Shown here: positions 23,748 through 36,935 of the stretch, piece after piece
Layout: every line of letters starts with the position of its first letter
Position numbering within the stretch: the stretch's first letter is position 1
NCBI GenBank assembly: GCA_012026655.1
Contig: JAAILG010000050.1
Coordinates: 62,001 to 126,000, forward strand
DNA length: 64,000 nt
Direction of reading: 5' to 3'
Source: Hydrolagus affinis
Taxonomy: Eukaryota
Position numbers and translations under genes: made by a program
The notes under the pieces: model-generated
Seen by the model: the letters and a program-made list of their open reading frames with translations, nothing else
The model's database searches: none
What the model was told of the DNA's origin: nothing

Positions 23748-23932
23748 TCATCGAGACTTGACTCCCAAACTGGTTTTCAGGTTCTCATACACCACGTAAC
23801 TGATGCTGACAGCGGGAACCACTTTCATGAAGTTTGGTGCTAGGCCTCTGTACAGTCCAATTGCTCCTTCTGTGCTCAGAATCTGCCTGAATAGTCCAGT
23901 CATCGTGTACTGAGGTGCTCCCTCTTTGGTGG
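23748..23932 (-). CDS. SLC25A25: SLC25A25 last coding exon (ATKEGAPQYTMTGLFRQILSTEGAIGLYRGLAPNFMKVVPAVSISYVVYENLKTSLGVKSR*)
   Basis: 185 nt, tttcag acceptor, TGA; Solcar repeat 3 end. Confidence 0.96.
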
Positions 23933-24115
23933 CTGAAACAGAGCAAACAAAATCTATAAATAATTGAGGAAAACACTGAACTATTAATTCATTTGATTCG
24001 GAAAGGAGCCTAAACTGAGAAAAAGTCACATGATTGACATTAAGCTAAAAGTAGCATGTGGCCACTTTAAACAGGACACGATCGTAGTCCCACAACCAAA
24101 GAATATGTCATTTCA

Positions 24116-24283
<168 letters not shown>

Positions 24284-24369
24284 CTAAAGATAAACCAAAC
24301 AATTTTATGAGTCAAACAAATTTACGTTTTACTAACAAAACTAGAAACATGGCATCTTAAATTGTGTAT

Positions 24370-24558
24370 CTCAAGACTCTCTTCTTCAACCGTGCCTTCT
24401 GCTGCCCTCCCAACTCTATCCCTCCCCTTCCTACCTCTCTCCCGCCCCTCCCCCCTACTTTGCCCCTCTCCCTTGCTCGGGCCCCGACCTGACCGTTGAG
24501 TGCCTTGGGACGTCCTCACGACGTAAAAGGCGCTCTATAAGTGTAATTTTGTTGTTGT
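24370..24558 (+). mobile_element. L2-like LINE 3' end
   Basis: Homologous to 3747-3946; ends AGGCGCTCTATAAGTGTAATTTTGTTGTTG. Confidence 0.72.
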
Positions 24559-24596
24559 ATTAACAAAGGTTGTTTTTCATACTTTTAAAAGTACTA

Positions 24597-24803
<207 letters not shown>

Positions 24804-24915
24804 TCAGAAAGAAGCAACACCACAGAATTAGAGACACAAATAATATCTGAAATATAACATTCTTACAGAGAACAAATTGTAATGTGCTGGCAGTTTCCAA
24901 CTCAAGTCACTTTAC

Positions 24916-25023
24916 CTCCATTGGGTAGATTGTGCTCTGGGCAATTGCTCCAGCCAGTGATCCTGCAATCAATCTTTCCTGAATGCCCAGGGTCTCCTGA
25001 TTACTGCCAATTAATCGCTTTAT
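24916..25023 (-). CDS. SLC25A25: SLC25A25 exon ([36 protein letters not shown])
   Basis: 108 nt, phase 0, GT/AG. Confidence 0.96.
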
Positions 25024-25219
25024 CTGCAAAAGAAGATTTGTAAATTGGATTACTACCCATAATGAACAATGGATACTGATCATTTAGTATCAGATTTTAA
25101 CAAAATCGGTTATACGTTTTGATCAAAAAACAAACATCAGAAAAATATAGGAATTGTGTTCACAACTTAATGATTAAAGTAAATGAATATCAATCTCTTC
25201 CCATCTATTCAGCTCTCAC

Positions 25220-25372
25220 CTGCTCATAAGCCATGAATTTGAGGGCAGATTCAGGTGCAATTTTGATGACGTTGATTCCATTTCCTCGCCACAGAGACCG
25301 CAGTCCCCCTTCTTTAATCATTTGGCCAAATCCTCCTGCGATACACATACTGTTAGCTTTAGAAGCGTGAAC
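25220..25372 (-). CDS. SLC25A25: SLC25A25 exon ([51 protein letters not shown])
   Basis: 153 nt, phase 0, GT/AG. Confidence 0.96.
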
Positions 25373-26613
25373 CTGTCAAATGAAGAATATCTATCAGTAT
25401 ACTTTGTTTCTACCAAAGAATGATTGTGTAAGACATGAACAACATGAATGATAAGATTGTAGCTCAAAAGAAACCTTTCTCCACTGCAACTGAGGTTCAA
25501 AAACCATGCAAGAGTTCAATGCTTAACAGTTACTGAACCAGGCTTGCATACAGATCCAGTTCTACTTCACAATAGCACTGGATATTTTGAATACCTAGCA
25601 GTTCAAAGATTGCTAAAAAACACTCTGTGCCATGAAGGTTGTACCATGAAGGTTGAACCATGAAGGCTGTTAGAACCTTCATGCCTCTTCTCATGAAATT
25701 GGGGCTTTTAATGCAAACGTTAGTCAATATTGCAATACTGCTAGAGACAGCAGCAACATTGCAAAACTGCTAGTGATGTTCACTCAGTAAACACTCCTAT
25801 AAAATCTTTTCAAAGAAAACATACCAATAAGGGGGTCGGAGGGGGAGAAAGAGTTCACTCCATTGTATGTTGAACCCACTTCTCATCAGTCAAAACCTCA
25901 GAAGATAGATGATTTGGGGAGATTTACTAGCCAGAAAACTAGTTACTGATTGAAAAGTTAATCTTTTTTGTGTTCCGAAACCAAAATGTCATCAGATAAA
26001 ACAATTAGATCAACATCAATCTACGTCAAAGATTATGGAAGCAATCCAATTCTATCATTGGGCGTTTTATTTCAATGTCCCAAGCTTCACCACTATAGTT
26101 TTTAAAGTTTATGCCAAAAAAAGGTACAACCTTGTTCACAATAAGGAGAATTGTAGAAATTATTACTCGAAGGCCACTGAGCTACTTTCCTCACTGAAGC
26201 TATGTACGATAATCATAATGTAATGCTCTGTCCTCCATATTTTCACTCTTCAAATATTTACCCATAACTTTTAAACAGCACTGTTCAATAGCACAAGGAC
26301 AACACATTTCCCTTTTTAACAATTCTTAGCATGATTTTTGTTGAACCAATCACAGAATCTTTCTAGGAAAAATTGTTAACAATTCACCAGCCCAAAGTAT
26401 TCATCCACTCAAAATATATTTTACCAACACTGGGAAATGCAAGGTGCATGAAGAATTTAGCAATTGAAAATCTGCATTTTATAAAATATTACAATTCACT
26501 AACAATGCAACTTCATATAGTCACACAATATATTGGGGGAGAGAAAGATGTCTGGTTACCAGATTAAGAAACTGACATTTCAAAAATCAAATCACAGTGC
26601 GGCACAAACTTAC

Positions 26614-26772
26614 TTGCATGAGCACTTTGAGACGGTCGAGCGGAGCAGTGCATGTCCTGGACACAGCACCTGCACCCCCTCCTGCTACGAGCTGTCGCCA
26701 CCACATCCCAGTCTGCTTTTCCTCTGCTGTGAACTCATCTGGAATTGTTAAACTCTCGCCTACATCAAAAAT
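26614..26772 (-). CDS. SLC25A25: SLC25A25 exon ([14 protein letters not shown]...[12 protein letters not shown])
   Basis: 159 nt; PLDRLK mitochondrial carrier signature Px[D/E]xx[K/R]. Confidence 0.96.
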
Positions 26773-27749
26773 CTGGAACACAAATTTTGGATTTTAATTT
26801 CAAATAACTAACATTTGAATTAGATTAATATTTTTGCTACCTTATCAAATTATTTATTTGTAATGAACCAAGAACATTGAGTTTTCTGATAAGCCCCCTC
26901 TGATAATAATAATTGCATCTGATATAGCGCTTTAAACAATTCATAGATTAATGGTAAAGTGAATGAACTGTATAGTTAACAGAATATACAGTAAAGTGAA
27001 TTAATTGTATATTTTGTCGGCGAAACTCGAGGGTTAAACCCTTCTAGTTCAAACATTCAGTTTAAATTAGTAGGGTCTTATCAAGAAACCCTAAAGCTAG
27101 AGTTGAAACTAGAAATTCCTGTTTCTAAAAAGGTGGATGCATTACAACCAAGGCACATTCTATGTGCCAATAGTTATCTTATGACTTCTATCTTTAAGTA
27201 ATGAAATCATTTCTGCATTTGTACACAGATCAGATTGCAAGGCCACATGCATTTCAAATTTTGACATCCAACACCAACTCAAAAGTCTCCAAGTGCTAAC
27301 CCAGTGATCTAAAGATCAGGTTACTTAATCAAGATGATTAAGTAACCATCTAAAATGCAACATCATTCTATAGCATTCTAGTGATTTGGCCTCAAAAAAC
27401 AAGTTCAGTCAACTAATGTTGTGGCTATACTAAAGTATGAAATCATCAGGTAAAAGCAAACCCAAACTTTTGTCCCAAATTTTGTGGAAAAAAAATCTTA
27501 AAGACCTTTCTAAAAGTCTGAATACAAAATTCAAATGTAGGATTGCATGAATAATATTCATTGTCTGATTAGATCTAAGAGAAGAATGCACCAGTGATTA
27601 GTATTCTGTGATCCACAAAAACAAAACTTGTATTAGATACGAAACAATCTTTTTTCCATCCAAGTTCACTGTCTTCCTGCTCCCCGTCTACACCCTGCCT
27701 CTCCTAGCTGATTTTAAGGACAATTCTTAAATAGTCATCCTGAACTTAC

Positions 27750-27861
27750 CGTGGAGTGTTTCCAATATAGGATTATTTCAGGAATGTTGTCCGCTGGGTG
27801 CAGAAGGTGATAGTCTCGCCACTCATTCCAGTCGATTGTCATTGTTCCATTTTTATCCATG
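27750..27861 (-). CDS. SLC25A25: SLC25A25 exon with EF-hand 4 ([37 protein letters not shown])
   Basis: 112 nt, phase 2 to 0. Confidence 0.96.
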
Positions 27862-28250
27862 CTGTTTTAATAAAGAAAAAATTACAATGAAAAAGAAGCC
27901 CTATATCAAGGTTTGCTTTGCTAAAGTAAGGCATTCTGCTAACTTCTAAGTACTTTGGCAAATTTCAGTAGGAAAGGGAGTTATTGATAATCATTACACT
28001 ATTTTTTCTTCCACTTTAAAAGAAACATTTAAGTATTTCAGCAATAGTACAGGATGATTTATTAACAAGAAACTGATGAGTTATTTTTTACTCTATAATG
28101 AACTTTATTCGAAGAGAATTTATGTAGAAGACCAATTTACAAGCACTGGGTAAGAAAAACTATGCTGGATGGAAATAAAACATATATCTACTAATTCTAT
28201 AGAAATATGTGAAGATGGGGAAGTAGGCAGTACAATACACTGGTACTTAC

Positions 28251-28286
28251 TATGCAATAGGGCCCCGCAGGTGCCCTCTCCAAATT
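28251..28286 (-). CDS. SLC25A25: SLC25A25 36-nt cassette exon (R/IWRGHLRGPIA/Y)
   Basis: tctatccag|...|gtaagt, symmetric phase 2-2, no stop; resembles the human isoform insert IRTGHFWGPVTY (recalled). Confidence 0.8.
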
Positions 28287-29301
28287 CTGGATAGAAAGCA
28301 GAAAATGTAGAAAAAGATGTAGATAACAGCACAGATAAAGAATTTCAGACATTCATCAAAGTACAGTATATGGAAAACCCACTGATGAATACTGACTTTG
28401 GCCACTCTAAGAACCCTTGGATGAAAAACTTCTTGTTTAAATAACTGATTTTATCTGGTCCCATTATTCTGCATTTTAAATCTCATTTGCATAATCTTTT
28501 ATCGTGCACCTTTATTATTCTCCATGATATTCTTGGTTCAGTTTCCAGGCTTCCCAAGTTGCTCAGGACAATTAAACATACCTAAAGATGCCTTGCAAAG
28601 ATTATTGCACTGAGTGACATAAGTATGCTAGAAACTGAGCTTTGAGCATTCACTCATATCAGATCCAAGTCGGTTCCTTTACAAAATATTGACAAACTCT
28701 TTCTAAAAGTGTATGAATAGAAACAAATAGAGCTGCCGAGTGACATTGTGCACTGGAGCACTAATAATAATAATCCTTTGATTTGATATACAGCGTCTTA
28801 TCATGTCTTTTAGATGTCTCAAAGCGCTTCACAGAATGTACTGTAAAGTGAATTGACTGTATGTTTTATGGGCTAATAAATATATGAATACCTAAACTGG
28901 AGTAAAGGGAGACTGAGTTGGTTCCCTAACATACTGAGCTCCACACTATGTGCCTAGCTGAGACCATATCTCTCTCTGGAGGGAATTATAAGTAAGCTTT
29001 CAACGCAACTGATCATCAGCATCTAACAGTATTGATGGAGAAGAGTAATAATAAAATGTATTCTTTGCATTTGACATAGTGCTTTTCAGATCTTCTAGAC
29101 TAGGTTTATAAATAGATGAAAGGAGAAAATTACAAACACACACACATACATACAGACCAGTGAAGACATATGAAAATAATGAAATATTTAATAAGTAGAA
29201 GAAGCAGTCTGCAATTTGAAGAAACAGGTTCACAAATCTAGATTCACAATGCTGCAGGCTGCCGTTACTGAGGCATGCTGAATAGATGCAACAAAACTCA
29301 C

Positions 29302-29389
29302 CGTTTAAGGATCTTTTCTGCCTGTTGTTCTGAAATATGCACCCCAAGGTCACACAATGACTGCATGATTTCCTGCGCATCAATTTTTC
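29302..29389 (-). CDS. SLC25A25: SLC25A25 exon (GKIDAQEIMQSLCDLGVHISEQQAEKILKR)
   Basis: 88 nt, phase 1 to 2, ttttcag/gtgagt. Confidence 0.95.
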
Positions 29390-29744
29390 CTGAAAATGAA
29401 TTCCCCCAAATTGTTGAGACACAATCCACTTAAAGCTACAGTAGAATAAACATTCCGCAGGATGCACTGCTCGATTATAATGGGAAAACCTATTAGAGAC
29501 TAATATTTAAATAAGACTTGGATTTGGTATAGCGCCTTTCACGTTGTGTTAAAGCGCTTCACGGGATTTACTGTGAAGGGGAGTAGCTGTGTATTTGTAG
29601 GCAAAAGTGGCAGCTAATTTGTACACAGCAGTGTCCACAAACATCCATTAAGTGAATAACTGATTTTATTTGAAAGATTGTTGGTAAGGATACTGGGAGA
29701 AACTATTAAATTGCATATGTTCATAATGATAAATTAGTGCTTAC

Positions 29745-29871
29745 CATCATTTTTCTTGTCCAGGCTTTTGAAAACTAATTGGAGTTTCTTTTCATGGTCT
29801 TTTAAATAATGAACAAATTCTTCAAAGTCCAACTGTCCATCACAGTCTTTGTCACCAGCTTTCACAATTTT
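29745..29871 (-). CDS. SLC25A25: SLC25A25 first common exon with EF-hand 2 and start of EF-hand 3 ([42 protein letters not shown])
   Basis: 127 nt, phase 0 to 1; canonical EF loop [12 protein letters not shown]. Confidence 0.96.
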
Positions 29872-31873
29872 CTGTTTTGAAAAGATCAGGGGAAAAAAAC
29901 TCTTTAACTTACATTTCATAGGCTAGGACGAGTGAGTAATATCACTTCAGAAACAAAGAGCAACAATACATCCCATTTATTTTATCCCCTAAAGACAGTG
30001 CCTCATGTACAGTTTCACATTTGCCGACAGCTTTTCAGTACCTGACCACATAGATGTACAACTGAGGACAGCTAAAGTACCTTGGAGAGAAATTGTAGGG
30101 TTCTGAGATGATCCAATAAGAGTATTTTACTATCCATTAATGTTTCAACAAGCTACTACTCAATTTTAACCCATTGTTCGTATATTAACATAAAATTTAA
30201 TTGTTTACAGGTTGTTTAGTCTGTACCTGATACCAAAGGTCAGAAACAAACAAACTCATGATGAAGGATCAAGTTCCTCAATGAATTTATAGCATTGAAA
30301 ACTATGTGCAGAGCTGTTTCAGTGCTCAGTAAACTTGATACCCAAAGCTGGATAATACCAGGAGTTATGCATATTTGCTTCAGTTATATATCTCAACAGA
30401 TATAACATTTACCAATTTTTAAAATGCACAAGTAATAAAAAAAATTGTGGACACATGGTATAGCAACAATAAATGTACATGCACTCAAGATGGTCTGGTG
30501 ACCAAAGATTGTGCAATTGTTCAATAGAGAGGGAGCAATAAAGATTACTCTTCTGAGCCCCACAGACACACATACTGTATTGAGTTCTCAAGTCTCAATC
30601 ACATAATCTGACAAGGTCCTAGCTAACCTGAGTCAAAGTATTTCCTTTGCAAAAGGGAGGCAGAAGCCAGAAACAGGTGCATGATTTCTTTCTTGATCAC
30701 AGAACATTGTGGGAGAGGGAAGAGAAGCATTCCTGTTTTAAAAAAATCAGTTTCTAGTAAAAAAAAATCAGTTTTACCTCAATACATCAATTGATTGATG
30801 TAATAAAAGTTATAATCAGCCATAACCAATGGAACAGTAGAAATAGAAATTAAACTTTTTAAACTTCGCTTGCTCTGACATTTTGCTGTCTCACATTACC
30901 AGAGATCTGCATAATGCAATGGCTCAATTCCTGATTCCAATGTCCTGTGATCTTTACTTGAAAGCCACAAAAGGTTCCCTGATAGTTCAACTGAGAGTTA
31001 TTTCATTACAAGGCTCCTGAAGGCATTTAGCATGTGACTGGTTATTAAAAGCTTGGGTCACAGCATTCAGTACATTGCTTTTGAATACCTTGAAACCAAA
31101 ATAAAAATTTAAAAGACAAGGGATTATTCTGTTACATGCACCCTAGAAAGCAAATGTTTGCTTCACAATCATATAATGCTCTCATAATCTAAATAAGAAT
31201 CCAGTTTCCCCCAGTGTTATGGCCAACTTTTCCTTCAGATTAATTCATCATTCACTTATGGCGGTTTGTAATACCTTGCCAGTGCAAGACTTGCTGTCTC
31301 TTGGGTTTGCCTACAAAAAGTAATTATCCTAATAGAAATTAACTTTTGTGTTTTTGAAGTGATAAAGTATATATAAAATGCATTCTTTACTATACAATAA
31401 TAATCCTAGTATTTGATATAATACTTTATCTCGTCTTTGAGACATCTCAAAGCGCTTCACAAAATATACTGTAAAGTGAGTTGACTGTATATTTTGTGGG
31501 CGAAACAATCCATTCATGCAATCCTGGTTATATGGAATACAGTCTGCAATGAAAGGCATAGTTTCACCCTTTGACTGAGGTTAGTCAAAGTATTACATAC
31601 AGAACTACTTTTGCTGAAAGCAGTTGGGTACTATGAAAATAAATGGCATATTTAAGTGAAGGAACAATTAGATGCTATATCCTGTTACAATTTTCCAATA
31701 ATCCAGGACAAAAATAGCTTTCTGGGACAGTCCACAATTTGTATCTTCAGAGTTGATCTTGAAATCTTTGAACCAAACAGTGCAGACTTCCATGGGTTTA
31801 AAATCCTCATAGATACTTTACATTTTAAAATACAACAATCATGAGTCGGATTAGATAACACATCATAGTTTAC

Positions 31874-32032
31874 CTGTCTCCATTGGCGATAGGTTGAGAT
31901 TTCTTGTGAAGGGATGAATAGGCTGAGCCTGAATATAGATTTTAGTTCGGCAGGTAGCCTTTGTGATTCGAAGTATTGAAATTCCCTTTCCGAAGTAATG
32001 GGCACTGGCACATACAAACATAGGCACAGCAT
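31874..32032 (-). CDS. SLC25A25: SLC25A25 alternative first exon, isoform a-like (MLCLCLYVPVPITSEREFQYFESQRLPAELKSIFRLSLFIPSQEISTYRQWRQ)
   Basis: 159 nt from ATG to CAG|gtaaac; gives a 469-aa protein; MLCLCLYVP start as in human SCaMC-2a (recalled). Confidence 0.92.
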
Positions 32033-32574
32033 TCTAACAGCGTTCTTATTTTCAAATAATAATTTAAAAATAAATAAATATAAAAACACAACTCTTCAGA
32101 ACCACAGGTGAAAATAAATAGTTTTAGAGTGGCCTAAATTAAATGACCACACTTGCTCAACGCAACCGCTTTAAAGTAAAATGTCTGATCACCATATCAC
32201 ATTTTATTGCCAAGAGCAGTTCCTTCTCCTCCTATTTCAGTCTGCGTAACACATGAATGAAACACCCCCCTCTGTTTTAACCAATCACAACTCTAGTTTT
32301 GCATTCCACACAGGTGGGGCTTGCTCCTTGTCATCGAATTCAAGACACCTCACTCAGCCATCTAAATTTTTAAAAACTTCAATATTCACAATACGCAAAA
32401 TGTTATACGCAAAATGTTGTTAACATTTTATATAAGTTTGCACCATGTTGTCTATTTATTATGTGCTGAGCCTTCTGGTATTATACTTCAGATTGTTGCA
32501 AAAGAACTCAATGCAAACAGTAGACATCAGTCATGGTCAGACAAATCGTTTATGGTGCGGAAGAATTTTTTTTA

Positions 32575-32970
32575 ATTCTTGCATTTGATATAACAGCTTT
32601 CACTTCAGGAGCATGCCTCAAATACTGTCATGCATAGTGACTGTATATTTTTGTTGATATACACGGCGACCAATTTGTATAGCAATTTCCCACAAACAGC
32701 CATAAAGTGAATGATCAATTTTCACTGAGGGATTTTTGGCTAGGACATCAGGTGAGACTCCCTTCTCTTTTTAATTACTGCCATGCAATCATTAATGTCC
32801 ACCCAAGAAAACAGATGGGATCTCAGTTTAACTCCTCATCGAAAGGATGGCATCTCCAACAATCCACCCAAAATTCACTGGAGTGTCAGCCTAGACAAGG
32901 ACTTCAAAGTCCTGAATTGAGGTTTTATTGTACCAAATATTCTGTCTAAGTATGCTACCACCTGTGCCAA
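32575..32970 (-). mobile_element. Old long-core DeuSINE
   Basis: Contains CAGATGGGATCTCAGTTTAACTCCTCATCGAAAGGATGGCATCTCC...CACTGGAGTGTCAGCCTAGA; related copies at ~17440-17600, 44010-44380, 50230-50530. Confidence 0.7.
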
Positions 32971-35310
32971 TTACCCATCAAAATGTATACTTTGCCAGAT
33001 ATGTACATTATAGTGGCACATAAATGCTGCATGCGAGCCAACGGTTTACCTGGTAGTTTTCCAGGGTTTTGCAAGAGGTACAATAATGACGTCCAAATGA
33101 CGTTCAACATACGCAGAAAGCCCTCAAGTATGTTTGCTTAGATTTTGGAAGGAACATTCAAATAGATAGAGATAGCCTGTTAATCGATTATGAACTTTTT
33201 GTATAACCCCACTTTGAACAGTACCTACATAAAAAGCTTTCATGTAAAACAGCCTCTGCACACATGCAGAATCTACACATCATACTAACTGAACCACTGT
33301 CCTAACTGTCATCTCATCTCCAGCGGTAGCTTGCTTGGGTACTGTGTGCATACTGCTTTCAAAAAAATCTATTTTACCTCCACCGAAATTAATCCAAATA
33401 TTGTTGCAGAAACGGTATACATCGGAGCATCAATAAGCATAGCAACATCAAGTTTGCAGGGGGAAAAGGTCAGCCACCAACTACGTTGGCCAGACCTGGG
33501 GACAGATCCACAAAAGTGTCAGCTACACAATTTAAATGTGAGTTTGTTCACATTCTATATTTTCTAGGTTTCAGTTGTATTTTGAGAGTACAAATATGTT
33601 GAAGATCCACTTCATAAAAGTACAGTTGCAAGGATAAATTGCATAGCATTCACTGTCCAGTTTCATTTTATGCTCAATAAAATTTCAGCCTTTTAAAATA
33701 AAATGAAATAGTGCTCCAGTGGATAAATCTTCAATGTGCGAAACGGGGTAAAAAAAAAAAGAGTAGTTTATTGGGAAGTATCCATCCTTGGGAGATACCA
33801 AATCACAAGAGCGTTGAGATACAATGATGAGATACAGTGTGCACAAATGAAATTTTCAAGCTTTCAAGGGCTAATAAATTAAATCCATTAATTCAAGAAT
33901 TTAAAGAAAAAGCTGTGAGGAAAGAATATTTAGTCCAAAAAATAGAAATTTTTCAGAACAAATTAACAGTGCAGGAAATGAAACAAGCAATTAACGTGGG
34001 TTTCAAATTGGAAGTAGATCAGTTCCTGGAAATAAAAAGATTCATGGTTGCTAAGACTGAAGGGTCAAATGATTCTTTGATGAGTTGGATGGGTCTCAAA
34101 ATTGTTGCTAAGCTATCTTATGTCACTTAGGATGCAGTACCTAGTACAGTATATTGCTTGCCTGCCCTGTATTCAGTTGAATTTCAATTGAGAAAAAAAA
34201 GGAAAAGGGAGCAAAAACTCCCAGATTCTGACTTATTGCATCTTGCCCAGAACACCATTCTGCATACATCTGTCCCTTAGTTAGTCTTTTTCGTTATCAG
34301 GAGTGGGAAGAAAGTCACACCCGAGGCCTGGCTGAATACCCTCAACAAATAGCTAGTTCCATTATTAGACCACAACCAGATATGTACACACTACACTTGC
34401 AATCCTGAGCAGGACGTTTTTCTCTCCTTCTTGTCCGTGGCTGAGATCAGTTTACAAAGTTCAAAATGTGTGCTGGAGATCAGTCAACTAAAATTCTAAG
34501 ATTACCAATGAAGGCACCATTTACCAGGCTTTCCAGCTTAGCATCATGGTTAGCACTTCAACTTGCAGAGTTTACTGGAGCCGAGTGAGAAGAATTCCTA
34601 TCCATCTGCTCCTCCAAATCCTGCTGATCAGCAGCATTGTGGACCTACATAATTCCTCATAGTTCATCTGACACCGGGGATCATTCTCATTCTGCTCTCT
34701 GTACCGCGTCTTGGATCTCCTGTCAGGGTAGCCAGAACTATATGCAGTAATTCAGCTACAGCCTGTCTAGAACTCTGTCCAGTTTAAATACAACATCTGA
34801 GGAGCTAACATTAATTGATTTAGCAATATGACATGGTGGACTCGTGGGTCAGTTTCACATGAGGAAGTGGGTTTACCATCTGAGCCATTAGGAGCTTCTA
34901 AACATTCAGATTACTGAATCAAAAAATAATTTGTATAAGATAAAATAATAAGATATATTTATTATAACTAGTAAGCTTAGGAACATGAGACCATTCAACC
35001 CATTGAGCCTGTTTCATCAATTTAAAAAATCAGAGTAATTCAAACTCTTTGCTTCAAACTGCTCTCTTCTCTACTCTTGCAGTTTATTTTGGTTCCACTA
35101 GGTGACCTCCCTTGACTTTTTAATAAATGAAGTGGCTGATGATACTGGCCGAATATTTGTTCTCATTACAGGTAATAATCTTCAGAGTTTATAAATGGAA
35201 AAAGTTACACTAATTTACGAAATCGAATTAAGACTGGTTGGATGGATATTCAGAATTAACAATTTCCATCTATACTTATTCCATCTATACTTACTTACAA
35301 TTTCCATCCA

Positions 35311-35420
35311 TACTTTTGAGACCTCCTCCAACCATACTGCCCAGGCACTTTCACTCTGGCATTCTATCTGCAGAGAGTGAAAGTGCCTGGGCAATATGGT
35401 TGAAGGAGGTCTCAAAAGTA
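35311..35420. repeat. 47-bp near-perfect inverted repeat with 16-nt loop
   Basis: Arms 35311-35357 and 35374-35420, 2 mismatches, TA at both outer ends. Confidence 0.95.
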
Positions 35421-36785
35421 GGGTGATGCGATATCATAGAATATTTTCAAAAGAAGTACAAGGATCTTGAATGTGATCCTCCAGGAAATGGGGCCCAGTG
35501 GAACCAAGTGAGGATGTGGGTGATAATGTAAATACTGTACTGTATTGAGTAACTTACTTTCCTGGGTGGCTCTTTTACTTCTCCCGCATCCCCACCACTA
35601 TATTCCCACTCCCTGCACAGAGGGTGAATAAACTATTCTGTTTTTTATAAATGGCAGTATTAAATGGCATTGGCAAAATAAACAGTTACCTAAAGATTAT
35701 GTTCTGGTTATAGCTCTATTTACAATATTTTGCATGTTTGTACATGACTTCCATACCACTTCATTTAATTCTGAAATACCTTTGAACCATTAGTACGGCT
35801 AATGACTTATTTTACTATTTAAAAAAAAAAAAAATTTGCAATATCTTCAGTTATTTATGTTCCTTGAAGTTGGATTTTTTTAAGATGTGGAGAAGATGCT
35901 TTGTTAGAATTTAAGTAAACTTGAATTTTCCAATTACTTTGAAAAATTCCAGCTTATCTGACAATTATGCTGGCTAGTTTTCTTAGTTAATTTGTTATTA
36001 GAAAGAATATCCATTGTTGTACAGTATATGTATTCTACAGTAATGTTCTAGAAAATAGTCTAGTTTCCAGACACTACTAATATTTTTAAATTCTAAATTC
36101 TGTTCCATTGTTTTTCTATTTTCTTAAACAAATTTATAAAATAAGAAAGATCTTGCTGCAATTCCTCCTCCTCCTCCTCCAACCTTTGAAGATAACGCCA
36201 GCCGACATCATTCTGCTTGCTGATTAGGTCATTCTCCAGCAGCACAATTCTTTTTCACTCAGAGATAAACTGCAGACGTTCTATTTCTGTACAAGACAGA
36301 AGTTTCAAAGTAACAAATAGAAATGGTAGCAAAACAATAGTGCAGCTTAAAAAGACTTGTTCTGACTTGGATAGCGTTCTGTAGAACTTCGAATTAAAAT
36401 TCATGGCTGCAATGAACAACAAGAACAAACTTACATAGCGCCATTCACATCATGAGGATGCCAAGGCACAGAAGATAATTAGACTAGCAGCTCAAGAAAC
36501 TCCTTTATCATACTGCTTGAATATTAACTAACATTTCTTACAAGTAAAGAAACAGTACCAATTTATGATTTATGTTAAAAAAATTAAATGATAGTGGATA
36601 ATTAATGTGAGGGGATGGGAGGGAGGGGTTTGTAGGATCCCCTGGGAGCTGATCTGGCTCCAAGATGGCCTGGTTATAACAGAATGTCAAATTCAAATGA
36701 ACTCTCTAGAGTCTTGATAGTCTGGTTCGTGAGCCAGGTGGATCCCAGTAGTTCAGGGCACTGCTGATGACAGATCAGCATCCCT

Positions 36786-36935
36786 GACTCATCAGCAGGA
36801 TGTGGAACTTCTGACCAGTCACTGGGAAAGCATATTCTTGCTATTCAGTTCCGGTTAACCCAGCAAGCCAAAGCGCTAACAGATAGGGTGATTTTAGCTG
36901 AATACGCAGCAGGAAGCTCGCCAGACAGCGTTTTC
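36786..36935 (+). repeat. Old dispersed repeat, unclassified; other copies at ~54833-54985 (+) and ~34550-34640 (-)
   Basis: Shared blocks ATC(A/G)GCAGGAT(G/T)TGGA, AGTCACTGGG, GCAAGCCAAAGC, TTAGCTG, GCCAGACAG. Confidence 0.6.
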
